Source of the DNA: Thermoplasmata archaeon
Lineage (GTDB): Archaea; Thermoplasmatota; Thermoplasmata; Lutacidiplasmatales; UBA184
Direction: 5' to 3'
Length of the DNA: 28,316 nt
Assembly: GCA_028864975.1 (NCBI GenBank)
Contig: JAGWLG010000040.1
Location: 1-28,316 of the forward strand
The notes under the pieces were generated by a model, which did not search any database, had not been told where the DNA came from, and saw only the letters and a program-made list of their open reading frames with translations. This document shows, piece by piece, positions 1 through 8,959 of this stretch (positions are counted from its first letter, which is position 1; each line of letters begins with the position of its first letter). The position numbers were made by a program, and so were the translations under genes.

Positions 1-489
1 GCGCGCGCGCTCCTGCACCACCCCAAGGTCCTCTTCCTCGACGAGCCCACCTCCGGGCTCGACCCCTTCTCGGGACGCGTGGTCAAGGACGTTCTCTTGG
101 GGCTCAAGCGGGAAGGGACGACCATCTTCCTCTCGACGCACAACCTCCCCGAGGCGGAGGAGCTCTGCGACCGCGTGGGCGTCCTGCGGAAACGGCTTCT
201 AGTGGTGGGCCCACCGCGGGAGCTGCCGCGGCGACTCCCTCGTCGGGGCGCGAACTTCCGCTGGCGACCGGGCTTCCGTCTCGATGAAGGGCGCCTCCTC
301 GCGCTACCCGGGATAGGGGGCGTACGTCTCGAGGAAGGGGGTGCGCACGTTGCCCTGGCGATGCCGGACGAGGGCATCCCCCGTGTCGTGCAGGAGCTCG
401 TACGCCAGGGAGCCGAGCTCAGCTATGCCGCCGAGGAGCTCCCCACGCTGGAGGAGGCCTACCTCCAGATTATCGGAGGCGCCTCGTGA
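1..489 (+). CDS. ABC exporter ATP-binding subunit (5'-partial)
   Basis: Frame open from base 1: ARALLHHPKVLFLDEPTSGLDP (Walker B/D-loop), IFLSTHNL (H-loop). GTGA overlap with the permease. Confidence 0.93.
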   Translation, partial: ARALLHHPKVLFLDEPTSGLDPFSGRVVKDVLLGLKREGTTIFLSTHNLPEAEELCDRVGVLRKRLLVVGPPRELPRRLPRRGANFRWRPGFRLDEGRLLALPGIGGVRLEEGGAHVALAMPDEGIPRVVQELVRQGAELSYAAEELPTLEEAYLQIIGGAS

Positions 490-1607
490 AGCTCGGCCTC
501 GCCTGGGCGCTCGTCCGCAAGGAGCTCCGGGAGTACCGCCGCCAGCGGTTCATCTTGACGACCCTCCTGATCCCTCCGATCGTGCTCGCGATCATCGGGC
601 CCATCGGTGCCTCACTTCCTCTCTATCTGGAGAACAACGCGGTCGACTACCAGGCGATCTCCGCTTTCCAGCACCCCTCGATCCTCACGACCCTCGGACC
701 GAACAACTACAGCTCCTATCTGGCGAACCACACGGTGAACGGCGTCGCACGCCTCGACCATGTGCACGCCAGCTGGGTCAATCTCACGTGGGTCGACATC
801 GAGAACTCGACCATCGAGAACTCGAGCGTCCTGCACTTCTCGATGAACCACAGCATCGCCACGCACAACAAGCTCACCGCGGGCGTCGTAGCGAGCAGCC
901 TGCTGTTCTGGGACGACATCTACTCGTCGTCGCTCCTCAACGACACCGGCCTCGACCTCAGGGTCTACGAGACCTCCGTCTCCGGTTCCCCGAACGTCCA
1001 GGTCCTCGCGACCGATGGGCTTTCGACCGCGCAGATCGCCGTCGGCCTGATGGAGGCCTACCCGCTGCTGATGGCGGTGATCCCTACCGCCCTCCCGGCG
1101 GGGATCGCCTCCTACGCGCTCGTCGGGGAGAAGAACAACCGCAGCTTGGAGCCTCTCCTCGCGGCCCCGATCCGGGACCGGGAGATCCTCTGGGGCAAGA
1201 TCCTCGGCGTCCTGCTCCCGACGATGGGGGTCTCTACGTTGGGATTCGTCCTGCTCGCGGTGGTGTCGGACCTCCTCGTCTACAAGCCCCTGGGGATCCT
1301 GCTCTTCCCGAACGTCACCTGGGCGATCGCGCTCTTCGCGCTCGCCCCCCTTCTGGCCTTCATGGCGATCACGCTCTCGGTGGTCATCTCCTCCCGTCTC
1401 ACCGACGTGCGGTCGGCCCAGGAGGTGTCGAGCCTGCTGGTCCTCCCGATCGTCTTCCTCTTCGTCGCGGAGATCCTCACGTCGGTAATCAACAACATCG
1501 AGGTCCTCTCCGTGCTGGCGGTCGGTCTCCTGGCGATCGACGCGGTGCTCTTCCTGCTCGCGGCCGAGCTCTTCCAGCGCGAGAACATCCTCGTGAAGTG
1601 GAAGTGA
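486..1607 (+). CDS. ABC-2 type permease with an unusual extracellular insertion
   Basis: RKELRE N-terminus, GEKNNRSLEPLLAAPI..EILWGK motif, about 6 hydrophobic segments, coupled to the ATPase. Confidence 0.9.
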   Translation: MKLGLAWALVRKELREYRRQRFILTTLLIPPIVLAIIGPIGASLPLYLENNAVDYQAISAFQHPSILTTLGPNNYSSYLANHTVNGVARLDHVHASWVNLTWVDIENSTIENSSVLHFSMNHSIATHNKLTAGVVASSLLFWDDIYSSSLLNDTGLDLRVYETSVSGSPNVQVLATDGLSTAQIAVGLMEAYPLLMAVIPTALPAGIASYALVGEKNNRSLEPLLAAPIRDREILWGKILGVLLPTMGVSTLGFVLLAVVSDLLVYKPLGILLFPNVTWAIALFALAPLLAFMAITLSVVISSRLTDVRSAQEVSSLLVLPIVFLFVAEILTSVINNIEVLSVLAVGLLAIDAVLFLLAAELFQRENILVKWK

Positions 1608-1683
1608 GCTCCCGAGGCGTGAAGGTCACACCTCCGGGGCCTCGCCACTCCTCAAATACCCCTCCCACGTGGGGCTTCCCGCC

Positions 1684-2385
1684 ATGTTCGGAAGTGCCGT
1701 GCCGTCCTCCGTTGCCCCCATGACGCTCCGCACCGCGTACACCCTCCCGGAGGGGGTCATGAAGGGCACCACGACGGTGGGCCTCGTCTGCAAGGACGGC
1801 GTGGTCCTGGGGACCGAGCGCCGCGCCACCTACTACGGGGGGTTCATCGCCAGCAAGACCGCCCAGAAGCTCTTCCGCATCGACGACCGCATCGGCGCGA
1901 CCATCGCGGGGGGCGTGGGCGACGCCCAGAGCCTCATCCGGACCCTCCGTGCCGAGGCGGCGCTCTACCGCCTGCGCAGGACCGCGCCTATGACGGTGGA
2001 GGGCGCGACGACCCTCCTCTCCAACATCCTGAACGGTAACCGCTACTTCCCCTACTACGTGGGCATGCTGGTGGGAGGGGTCGACGGGAACGGCCACCAC
2101 CTCTATTCCTTGGACGCCGACGGAGGGGCCATCTCGGACAAGTTCGGGTCGATGGGCTCGGGGTCGACGATCGCCTACGGGCTCCTGGAGGAGGCGTACG
2201 AGGACTCCCTCACCCTGAGCGAGGGAGCCGACGTCGCGCTCCGAGCGCTCACCGCGGCCATGAAGCGGGACGCCAACAGCGGGAACGGCTACCTGCTGGC
2301 GACCATCAGCGAGAAGGAGTTCCACGAGCATTCCGAAGAGGAGATCAAGCGCCGCCTCGGGAAGCTCAAGATCCCGGTCCCCTGA
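1684..2385 (+). CDS. psmB: 20S proteasome beta subunit
   Basis: Propeptide then KG|TTTVGL, GTERRAT, GSMGSG, KRDANSG. Start uncertain (1669/1684/1720). TATA-like CTCAAATA near 1651. Confidence 0.97.
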   Translation: MFGSAVPSSVAPMTLRTAYTLPEGVMKGTTTVGLVCKDGVVLGTERRATYYGGFIASKTAQKLFRIDDRIGATIAGGVGDAQSLIRTLRAEAALYRLRRTAPMTVEGATTLLSNILNGNRYFPYYVGMLVGGVDGNGHHLYSLDADGGAISDKFGSMGSGSTIAYGLLEEAYEDSLTLSEGADVALRALTAAMKRDANSGNGYLLATISEKEFHEHSEEEIKRRLGKLKIPVP

Positions 2386-2484
2386 GACGAAGGGCACCCG
2401 ACGTCTCCCCCTTGGGCCCGCAGCCCTTTTAGTCCAGGCGCAGGGTCCCTCCCCGCTCCTAGGCCCCGGAACGCTCCTCATCCC

Positions 2485-3675
2485 ATGCCGAAGCGCGACT
2501 ACTACGATGTCCTCGGGCTCCCGAAGACCGCGAGCCCTGACGACATCCGAAGTGCGTACCGAAAGCTCGCTCGCCAATACCACCCGGACATGAACAAGGA
2601 GAATCCCAAGGTCGCGGAGGAGAAGTTCAAGGAGCTCTCCGAGGCCTACGAGGTGCTGGCCGACGAGCAGAAGCGTCGGCACTACGACATGGGGGGGTTC
2701 GACGCGGTCTCCCAGGACTTCGGACCTCAGGGATTCAACTGGCAGAACTTCTCGCACGCGGGGGACCTCGAGGACCTCTTCGGAGGCGCGGATCCGCTCC
2801 GCGACTTCTTCCGGCAGGCGGGGGTGCGGGGCGACCTCTTCGGAGGGATCTTCGGGCCCGGTTTCCAGCCCTCGACCCGGGGGCGCGGTCGCGACCTCGA
2901 AGTGACCCTCTCGGTCCCGATCGGCGACCTGGTCCAAGGGGTCGAGCGCGAGGTCGAGCTCAACCGCGCCGAGGCCTGCTTGGCGTGCAAGGGCACGGGA
3001 GCGGAGAAGGGGACGGCCATCGAGACCTGCCGGACCTGCAACGGGACCGGCCAGGTGCGCCAGGTCCGCCGCTCGGGCTACACGCAGCTCGTGACGATCA
3101 GCGACTGTCCCACGTGCCGCGGGAGCGGCCAGAGGGTCGTCAAGTCCTGCCCCGAGTGCGGGGGGGCCGGGCGGCGAAGGGTCCCAAGACGTCTGCGCAT
3201 CAAGGTCCCCCCCGGGTTGCAGGAGGGCACGATCCTCCGGCTCTCAGGGGAGGGCGAGCGGGGTCACACGGGACGCGCCGGCGACCTCTACGTCCAGGTG
3301 CTCGTCGAGCCCTCGAGGTTCCTCCGGGACGGGCGCGATGTCCACACGGAGCTCACCGTGAACCTCTCGCAGGCCCTGCTCGGGGACACGGTCCGGATCT
3401 CCACCCTGACGGCCCACGCGGACCTTGCCATCCCTCCGGGAACCCAGCCCGAATCGACGCTGCGCCTGAAGGGGGAAGGGCTCCCTCACCCGGGCGGTGG
3501 CTCTCGCGGCGACCTGTTCGTCACGGTCCACGTGCGCCTTCCCGACCGGCTCTCTTCCGAACAGCGGGAGCTCGTGCGTCAGCAGTTCGGGCCCCCGCCG
3601 GGGGCGGTTGCGGAGGAGCCGGGGCGGTCCGGTAGCGGCTCCTCCGGGGGATTCTTCGGCCGGCGCCGAGGCTGA
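2485..3675 (+). CDS. dnaJ: Chaperone DnaJ
   Basis: J domain with HPD, G/F region, four CxxCxGxG repeats, C-terminal domain. TATA-like CTTTTAG near 2426. Confidence 0.98.
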   Translation: MPKRDYYDVLGLPKTASPDDIRSAYRKLARQYHPDMNKENPKVAEEKFKELSEAYEVLADEQKRRHYDMGGFDAVSQDFGPQGFNWQNFSHAGDLEDLFGGADPLRDFFRQAGVRGDLFGGIFGPGFQPSTRGRGRDLEVTLSVPIGDLVQGVEREVELNRAEACLACKGTGAEKGTAIETCRTCNGTGQVRQVRRSGYTQLVTISDCPTCRGSGQRVVKSCPECGGAGRRRVPRRLRIKVPPGLQEGTILRLSGEGERGHTGRAGDLYVQVLVEPSRFLRDGRDVHTELTVNLSQALLGDTVRISTLTAHADLAIPPGTQPESTLRLKGEGLPHPGGGSRGDLFVTVHVRLPDRLSSEQRELVRQQFGPPPGAVAEEPGRSGSGSSGGFFGRRRG

Positions 3676-3677
3676 CC

Positions 3678-4352
3678 TTGGCGCGCGTCTCCAAGGAGGG
3701 CGAGGGGCCTTCCGATCCTGAGATGTCGGGAGCGCCCCCGCCGCGTTTCCAGCACTACTTCACGGCGAGACCCCGAGCCCCTCACGCGACGAGGTCGCTG
3801 CGCTTCCTCTACAAGGGGCGTGTGCTGACCTTCACGACCGACCGCGGGCTCTTCTCCTACGAGCAGGTCGACCCCGGCACTTCCCTCCTCATCGAGAACA
3901 TGGACCTGGAGGGCGTCGAGCGAATGCTCGACCTGGGGTGTGGCTGGGGAGCGGTCGGTGTCGCGGCCGCGGTAGGGATCCCGCGAGGCCACGTGGTCAT
4001 GGTCGATGTCAACCACCGAGCGGTCCTTCTCGCCCGCGAGAACCTGCGGGCGAACCACCTCGAGAACGCCGAAGTGCGCCAGGGGGACCTCTACCACCCT
4101 GTCGGCGAGGAACGCTTCGACCTGATCGTCTCCAACCCCCCGTTCAAGGCCGGCCGGGACCTCGTGCTCCGGTTGATGAGCGAGGCCCCTCGACATCTTC
4201 GACCCGGGGGGCGATTGCTCCTCGTCGGGAAGGGGAGCCAGGGGGTCCTCTACTACCAACGCTGGCTCGAAGAACGCTGGACCAAGGTCGAGGTCCTTGG
4301 ACGCGGTGGGGGGTACCGCGTGCTCCAGGCGAGCGGCTTCCCGCCTCCTTGA
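3678..4352 (+). CDS. Class I SAM-dependent methyltransferase (RsmC/MTS-like)
   Basis: FSYEQVDPGT, LDLGCGWG motif I, VSNPPF motif IV. Alternative ATG at 3723. Confidence 0.9.
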   Translation: MARVSKEGEGPSDPEMSGAPPPRFQHYFTARPRAPHATRSLRFLYKGRVLTFTTDRGLFSYEQVDPGTSLLIENMDLEGVERMLDLGCGWGAVGVAAAVGIPRGHVVMVDVNHRAVLLARENLRANHLENAEVRQGDLYHPVGEERFDLIVSNPPFKAGRDLVLRLMSEAPRHLRPGGRLLLVGKGSQGVLYYQRWLEERWTKVEVLGRGGGYRVLQASGFPPP

Positions 4353-4484
4353 AGCGAGATGGTTGATGGTCACCGTCTGACCGCGCGGCGCGGGTCCACC
4401 CGATCCTCGACACGTTCTTCCCTCGTAGGCGAGGGACAACGTGGCGGTCACCCGGCCAGTGCTCGCTCCGTCGGAGCTCTCCGC

Positions 4485-4525
4485 TTCATATACTCCCGAC
4501 TCCATCAGGAATCCTGATGGTGGTG
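4485..4525 (+). promoter_or_regulatory. TATA box, inverted-repeat operator and SD for the wHTH gene
   Basis: TTCATATA 4485-4492; CCATCAGG-AAT-CCTGATGG 4502-4520; GGTGGTG 4519-4525 before GTG 4531. Confidence 0.65.
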
Positions 4526-4530
4526 CGAAC

Positions 4531-4896
4531 GTGAAGCTCGAGAGGGACCCTGCGGCCTACCTCATCCGTAGCGATGCCGCCCGTACCGTCCTCGCGCTCC
4601 TGCGCGACGGCCGTCCCCACAAACCCTCCGAGGTGCGGAAGGCGGCCGGGGGCATGCACCCCCAGATCCTGAAAGAGGCCATGGGCCACCTCGATACCCT
4701 GGGTCTCGCGAGCTGGATGGTTCTGCCGGGGTCCAAGCCCGTCCCGAATCCACACGGCGTGGCCCTACCGGTGGTCCTCCGCATCACGAAGAAGGGACAG
4801 GATGTCCTCGACCACGTCGACCACTACCGTGCCCTCGTCAAGCGGGACCAGGACCTTCTGCCTCCCGCCACGCTCCACCGGTGGCTGGAGGTATGA
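4531..4896 (+). CDS. Winged-helix DNA-binding protein (ArsR/HxlR-like)
   Basis: ARTVLALLRDG..KPSEVRKAAGGMHPQILKEAMGHLDTLGL..LRITKKGQDVL fits a wHTH pattern. GTG 4531 preferred over 4441 because of the promoter and SD. Confidence 0.7.
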   Translation: MKLERDPAAYLIRSDAARTVLALLRDGRPHKPSEVRKAAGGMHPQILKEAMGHLDTLGLASWMVLPGSKPVPNPHGVALPVVLRITKKGQDVLDHVDHYRALVKRDQDLLPPATLHRWLEV

Positions 4897-5219
4897 CCTG
4901 GGTCCTCGTCCTGGGCCCGAGCAACTGGGTCCGAGGCCACAAACCCTCCCTCCCCCCAGACCTGGGGGATCTGCTCCCGCGCTCGTGGGTCCGTCGCAGT
5001 CTCGACCTCCTCTGGCCCATCGACATCCGGGCCATCTTGGTCGCCCTCCTTCGTCGAGAGGGACAGGACGCGGTCCTGATGGAGGAGGAACCTCGCAGGG
5101 GCAGGGAGCCTCTCCTTCGCGACTTCGCGCTCCGGTCCCTCGACACGCCGAGAACGGCAACCTTAAATGGGAGGATTTCTCGGGAGGCCTCCCACCGCTC
5201 GGCGGTGGGGAGCCTCTAG
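4893..5219 (+). CDS. Hypothetical protein coupled to the wHTH gene, possibly 3'-truncated
   Basis: GGAGG SD and ATGA overlap with the wHTH stop. The last ~20 codons run over the rps13 promoter and leader. Confidence 0.5.
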   Translation: MTWVLVLGPSNWVRGHKPSLPPDLGDLLPRSWVRRSLDLLWPIDIRAILVALLRREGQDAVLMEEEPRRGREPLLRDFALRSLDTPRTATLNGRISREASHRSAVGSL

Positions 5220-5223
5220 GAGG
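5162..5223 (+). promoter_or_regulatory. S13 operon promoter, leader hairpin and SD
   Basis: CTTAAAT 5162-5168; hairpin 5184-5216; AGGAGG 5218-5223. Confidence 0.6.
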
Positions 5224-5227
5224 ACGC

Positions 5228-5926
5228 ACGTCGCCCAAGAACGAGAAGGGGGAGGATGCCCCCGAACCCGGGACCAAGACCGCCCCGGTGGCCGGGCCTG
5301 CGGCAGGAGCGCCCAAGGAGGGGGGCAAGAAGCCCAAGGAGGGGAAGGAAGGGGGCAAGTCCGAGAAGGGCGGCGACAAGAAGGCGGCCAAGGCGGGTCC
5401 CCCGGAGAAGAAGACCAAGAAGGTCTCCGACAATCCCAACTTCCGTTACATCGTCCGTGTGGCGAACACCGACCTGGACGGGACCCGACCCACCGTCATG
5501 GCGCTGACCAAGATCCCCGGGGTGGGCGTCCGTATCGCGGAGGCCACCGCGCGGGTCATGGGGCTCAACGCCGCCGCCTACATCGGCGATCTCACCGAGG
5601 AGCAGACGGACGCCATCGAGACCACGCTGCTGTCGATCTCGGAGCGCCTTCCCCCCTGGATGTTGAACCGTCCCATGGACCGCACGACCGCCGAGACCCA
5701 TCACCTGGTCTCCGCGGACCTCGAGACGGCGATCCGCGACGACATCAACCTGATGAAAATGATCCGGTGCTACAAGGGCATCCGGCACGAGCGCGGACAG
5801 AAGGTCCGTGGCCAGAGGACCCGTTCCAACGGACGGACCGGGATGGCGGCGGGCGTGCTCAAGAAGGCCGCGAAGGACGCGGCCGCCGGGGCCAAAGGTG
5901 CGGGTGGAAAGGAGGAGAAGAAGTGA
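5228..5926 (+). CDS. rps13: 30S ribosomal protein uS13 with Lys/Gly-rich N-terminal extension (start uncertain)
   Basis: FRYIVRVANTDLDG, IRCYKGIRHERGQKVRGQRTRSNGR. The first canonical in-frame start after the promoter is GTG 5288. Confidence 0.95.
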   Translation, partial: TSPKNEKGEDAPEPGTKTAPVAGPAAGAPKEGGKKPKEGKEGGKSEKGGDKKAAKAGPPEKKTKKVSDNPNFRYIVRVANTDLDGTRPTVMALTKIPGVGVRIAEATARVMGLNAAAYIGDLTEEQTDAIETTLLSISERLPPWMLNRPMDRTTAETHHLVSADLETAIRDDINLMKMIRCYKGIRHERGQKVRGQRTRSNGRTGMAAGVLKKAAKDAAAGAKGAGGKEEKK

Positions 5927-5985
5927 AGTCCCCTCGATCCACCCTCGGTGGTCTCTGTCGGAGCGGCTAGGAGTTCAGTTCATCT

Positions 5986-6621
5986 ATGGGCGACCCGAAG
6001 TTCCTGCGGAGGACCTACGACACGCCGAAGCACCCGTGGGAGCAGGCCCGGATGGACGAGGAGCGCAAGCTGCTCGCCAAGTACGGTCTCAAGAACAAGC
6101 GGGAGCTCTGGAAGGCCGAATCCCTCCTGCGGAACTACCGCCGACAAGCTCGCCAGCTCCAGGCGCGACTTCGCGCGAAGGAACCCCAGGCCGAGAAGGA
6201 GACCAAGTGGCTCCTCGACAGCCTGGCCCGCCTCGGGATGCTCCCGACCGGAACGCCCTCGCTCGACGACGTGCTCGCCCTCGAGACCTCCGACCTCGTC
6301 CAGCGCCGCCTCCAGTGGATCGTCTACGTGAAGGGCCTCGCCGCGACGACCCACCAGGCCCGGCAGCTCATCGTCCACGGCCATATCTCCGTCGGGGACC
6401 ACCGGGTCACGCGACCGGGCTACTTCGTCCGCAGCGAGGAGGAGCCCCGCATCGCCTACGATGGGTCGAGCCCTCTCAGCGACGAGGGGCACCAGATCCG
6501 CAGCGCGATCCGCGCCAAGGCCGAGTCCGCGGCGAACCCCGTCTCTCCCATGGGTGAAGGTCCCGGCGCTCCGCCGGGCGCTCCCTCGGCCCCCGGCCCC
6601 GCCCCCGCGGGAGGTGCTTGA
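5986..6621 (+). CDS. rps4: 30S ribosomal protein uS4
   Basis: [43 protein letters not shown]. Confidence 0.98.
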   Translation: MGDPKFLRRTYDTPKHPWEQARMDEERKLLAKYGLKNKRELWKAESLLRNYRRQARQLQARLRAKEPQAEKETKWLLDSLARLGMLPTGTPSLDDVLALETSDLVQRRLQWIVYVKGLAATTHQARQLIVHGHISVGDHRVTRPGYFVRSEEEPRIAYDGSSPLSDEGHQIRSAIRAKAESAANPVSPMGEGPGAPPGAPSAPGPAPAGGA

Positions 6622-7004
6622 TGGGCAAGGTCGGCATCGCCCACATCTTCGCCTCGTACAACAACATCCACATCGTGGTCACCGACATCACCGGGGCCGA
6701 GACGCTCTCGAAGGCCACCGGCGGCATGGTCGTGAAGGCCGCCCGCGACGAGTCCTCGCCCTACGCGGCGATGAAGGCCGCCGACCAGGTGGCGGGGGAG
6801 ATCCGCGAGAAGGGTTACGATACGATCCACGTACGGGTTCGCGCACCGGGAGGGAACAAGCCCCGTTCCCCAGGTCCCGGGGCCCAGGCCGCGATCCGCG
6901 CCCTCGCCCGAGCCGGGCTCAAGATCGGGCGCATCGAGGACGTGACGCCGATCCCGCACGACGGCACGAAGCCCAAGGGCGGCCGACGCGGTCGGCGGGT
7001 GTAG
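6621..7004 (+). CDS. rps11: 30S ribosomal protein uS11
   Basis: [49 protein letters not shown] upstream. Confidence 0.98.
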   Translation: MGKVGIAHIFASYNNIHIVVTDITGAETLSKATGGMVVKAARDESSPYAAMKAADQVAGEIREKGYDTIHVRVRAPGGNKPRSPGPGAQAAIRALARAGLKIGRIEDVTPIPHDGTKPKGGRRGRRV

Positions 7005-7034
7005 CCTCGAGGGATCGAGGAAGGAGGTGCGATC

Positions 7035-7880
7035 ATGGAGATGAACATCGACGAGCTGAGGCCCCACGCCAGCCGCATCCATTTCACCAAGACGTCCGCG
7101 AGCCAGATCAACGCGATCCGCCGCGCGCTCCTCTCGGACGTGCCCAAGATGGCCATCGACGATGTCGAGTTCCACCTGGGCCCCATTCGCGACGAGGCGA
7201 CGGGGAAGGACTACGACTCCTCCACCAGCCTGTTCGACGAGAACGTCGCCCTGCGGATGGGCCTCCTGCCGATCCCGACCGACCTCAAGCAGTTCCGTTT
7301 CAAGGACAAGTGCGTCTGCAAGGGCGAGGGCTGCGCGAACTGCCAGATCGTCTACTCCATCGACAAGAAGGGCCCCTGCACCGTCTACTCCTCCGACGTC
7401 GTCCCCATGGGCGACACCAAGCTCACGATCAGCGAGCCGAACATCCCGATCGTCCGTCTCGGCTCCGACCAGGCGCTCCTGGTCTACGCGACGGCCGTGA
7501 TGGGCACGGCGAGGACGCACGCCAAGTGGCAGGTCGCGCAGTCGGCCGGCCTGGGCTACCAGCCCCACGTGTCCGTCGCCCGCGCGAAGGAATGCTCGGA
7601 CGGGTGCCTGAAGAAGATCCCCACGCTCTGTCCGGGGAAGGTCTTCTCCTGGACGGATGGGAAGCTCAAGGTCGTCAACGAGAACGGCTGCGTCTTCTGC
7701 GAGGCCTGCGAGAAGTCGTGCTCGCACGGGAGCATCAAGGTCGAGGGGGACCCGACGGACATCCACTTCGATTTCGAGACCGACAGCTCGATGACCGCCC
7801 GGGAAGCCTTGCGCTTCGCTCTGAACGACCTGCGCCGTCGGCTCGAGGAGCTTCGGGACGCGGTCGTCTCCATCGGGTGA
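7035..7880 (+). CDS. rpoD: RNA polymerase subunit Rpo3/RpoD with Cys-rich domains
   Basis: INAIRRALLSDVPKMAID, LRMGLLPI, HAKWQ; position after rps11. Confidence 0.97.
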   Translation: MEMNIDELRPHASRIHFTKTSASQINAIRRALLSDVPKMAIDDVEFHLGPIRDEATGKDYDSSTSLFDENVALRMGLLPIPTDLKQFRFKDKCVCKGEGCANCQIVYSIDKKGPCTVYSSDVVPMGDTKLTISEPNIPIVRLGSDQALLVYATAVMGTARTHAKWQVAQSAGLGYQPHVSVARAKECSDGCLKKIPTLCPGKVFSWTDGKLKVVNENGCVFCEACEKSCSHGSIKVEGDPTDIHFDFETDSSMTAREALRFALNDLRRRLEELRDAVVSIG

Positions 7881-8003
7881 GCCGTTCCGGAGCGAGGCTC
7901 GGACGCCTCGTCCAGTCCCCCCCTCCGTCCCTCGGTCGCGTCGAACAAGATTCACCGCCGCCAATTATGGTGCGTCAGGGTCCAACGTTTGGAAGGACGG
8001 GCG

Positions 8004-8465
8004 ATGATGCTCTCGGAGTCCTCGGGATCGGAACTGACGGATCTGTTGCCCGAGCGGAGCTTCTTGTCCTCTCGCGACCAACGCTCTCATAGAGGCCCCG
8101 AGGGCACGGTAGCCGCCTCTCGAAAGGTCGGCGGCTGGGTCGAGTTGGAACAGGAGTTCCTTCGGTTGGCCCGGGGAGGAGCCGCCCCGCTCCGCATCTA
8201 TCCGAGAGGTCGAACCGGCGCCGCGCCCCAGGACGATGGCGCGTCGGTCCCGGTGCCTCCTGGGGTCAACGCCTTCGACTACCTCGAAGAGCTCTTCGGG
8301 CGGTTGTGGTCCCCCGAGGAGCATTCCCCGGTCCAGCTCGAGGAGAGCGAACGAAAGGCCATCGCCTCCATCGCGAAGGGGGATGAGGGAGACCTCGACC
8401 TGGACGAGGACCTCAGGAGCTACCTCGTCGAGGCGCTGATGGACGCAGAGTCCCTTGCTCACTGA
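8004..8465 (+). CDS. Acidic hypothetical protein
   Basis: 153-codon ORF with genome-like codon use; no motif recognised. Confidence 0.5.
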   Translation: MMLSESSGSELTDLLPERSFLSSRDQRSHRGPEGTVAASRKVGGWVELEQEFLRLARGGAAPLRIYPRGRTGAAPQDDGASVPVPPGVNAFDYLEELFGRLWSPEEHSPVQLEESERKAIASIAKGDEGDLDLDEDLRSYLVEALMDAESLAH

Positions 8466-8959
8466 CGGTAGCCCGCCGTGGGCGCCTCGTCTACACGAGG
8501 GCTCTCGGGCCAAAGATTGGGGCCGGGTCCGACCAGATGTCCGGTCCCAGTGGCTTGGTGGACTCTGCTCCACGGGTGACAGACATACGCACCAACGGAA
8601 TGAGCGCTGGGAGGAAGGGGACGACGGACCGTCGAACCTGCCCGGAGACGGCGTGAGCATCCGGTCCTCGTTCCCCCACGAGGGTCGTCCCCGGGTGTTC
8701 CGATCGCGGGTCCGCCGTCCCCCACCCCCCAATCCGCGGTGGTTCGAGACCTATTGGGTTCTGGACCTCACGCCTCACTCGGGACTGACGGGCGGACCGC
8801 GACCCGGTTGATCCTCCTCAGGTCGCTTGCCACAGCGGGTGGACGAGTCCCCAACCGCGGCTTGGCCGCTTACAATCTCAACCTCTGGCAATCTCACCTT
8901 TCGCACGCAATCTCGGACCGCGGAAGACCTGAGTCCCTCGGAGGGGACCGAGGTGGAGA

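Noticed and set aside
4802-5227. 374-aa ORF-track version of rps13
   Set aside because: Its 5' part overlaps the wHTH cassette in another frame and spans the rps13 TATA box; not a real fusion.
7880-8000. Absence of rpl18e-rpl13-rps9 after rpoD
   Set aside because: Splitting of this superoperon is common in archaea; not informative alone.
6456-8092. Long antisense and alternate-frame ORFs here and throughout the window
   Set aside because: Shadow ORFs expected at high GC; Arg/Pro/Gly-rich and overlapping well-supported genes.
8738-8760. GGTTCGAGACC resembling a tRNA T-loop
   Set aside because: The T-stem does not pair beyond 2 bp, and no acceptor or anticodon arms can be formed.
8739-8940. 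AAYNL segment reminiscent of a DDE transposase C-terminus
   Set aside because: No DDE core, terminal inverted repeats or target duplication found.
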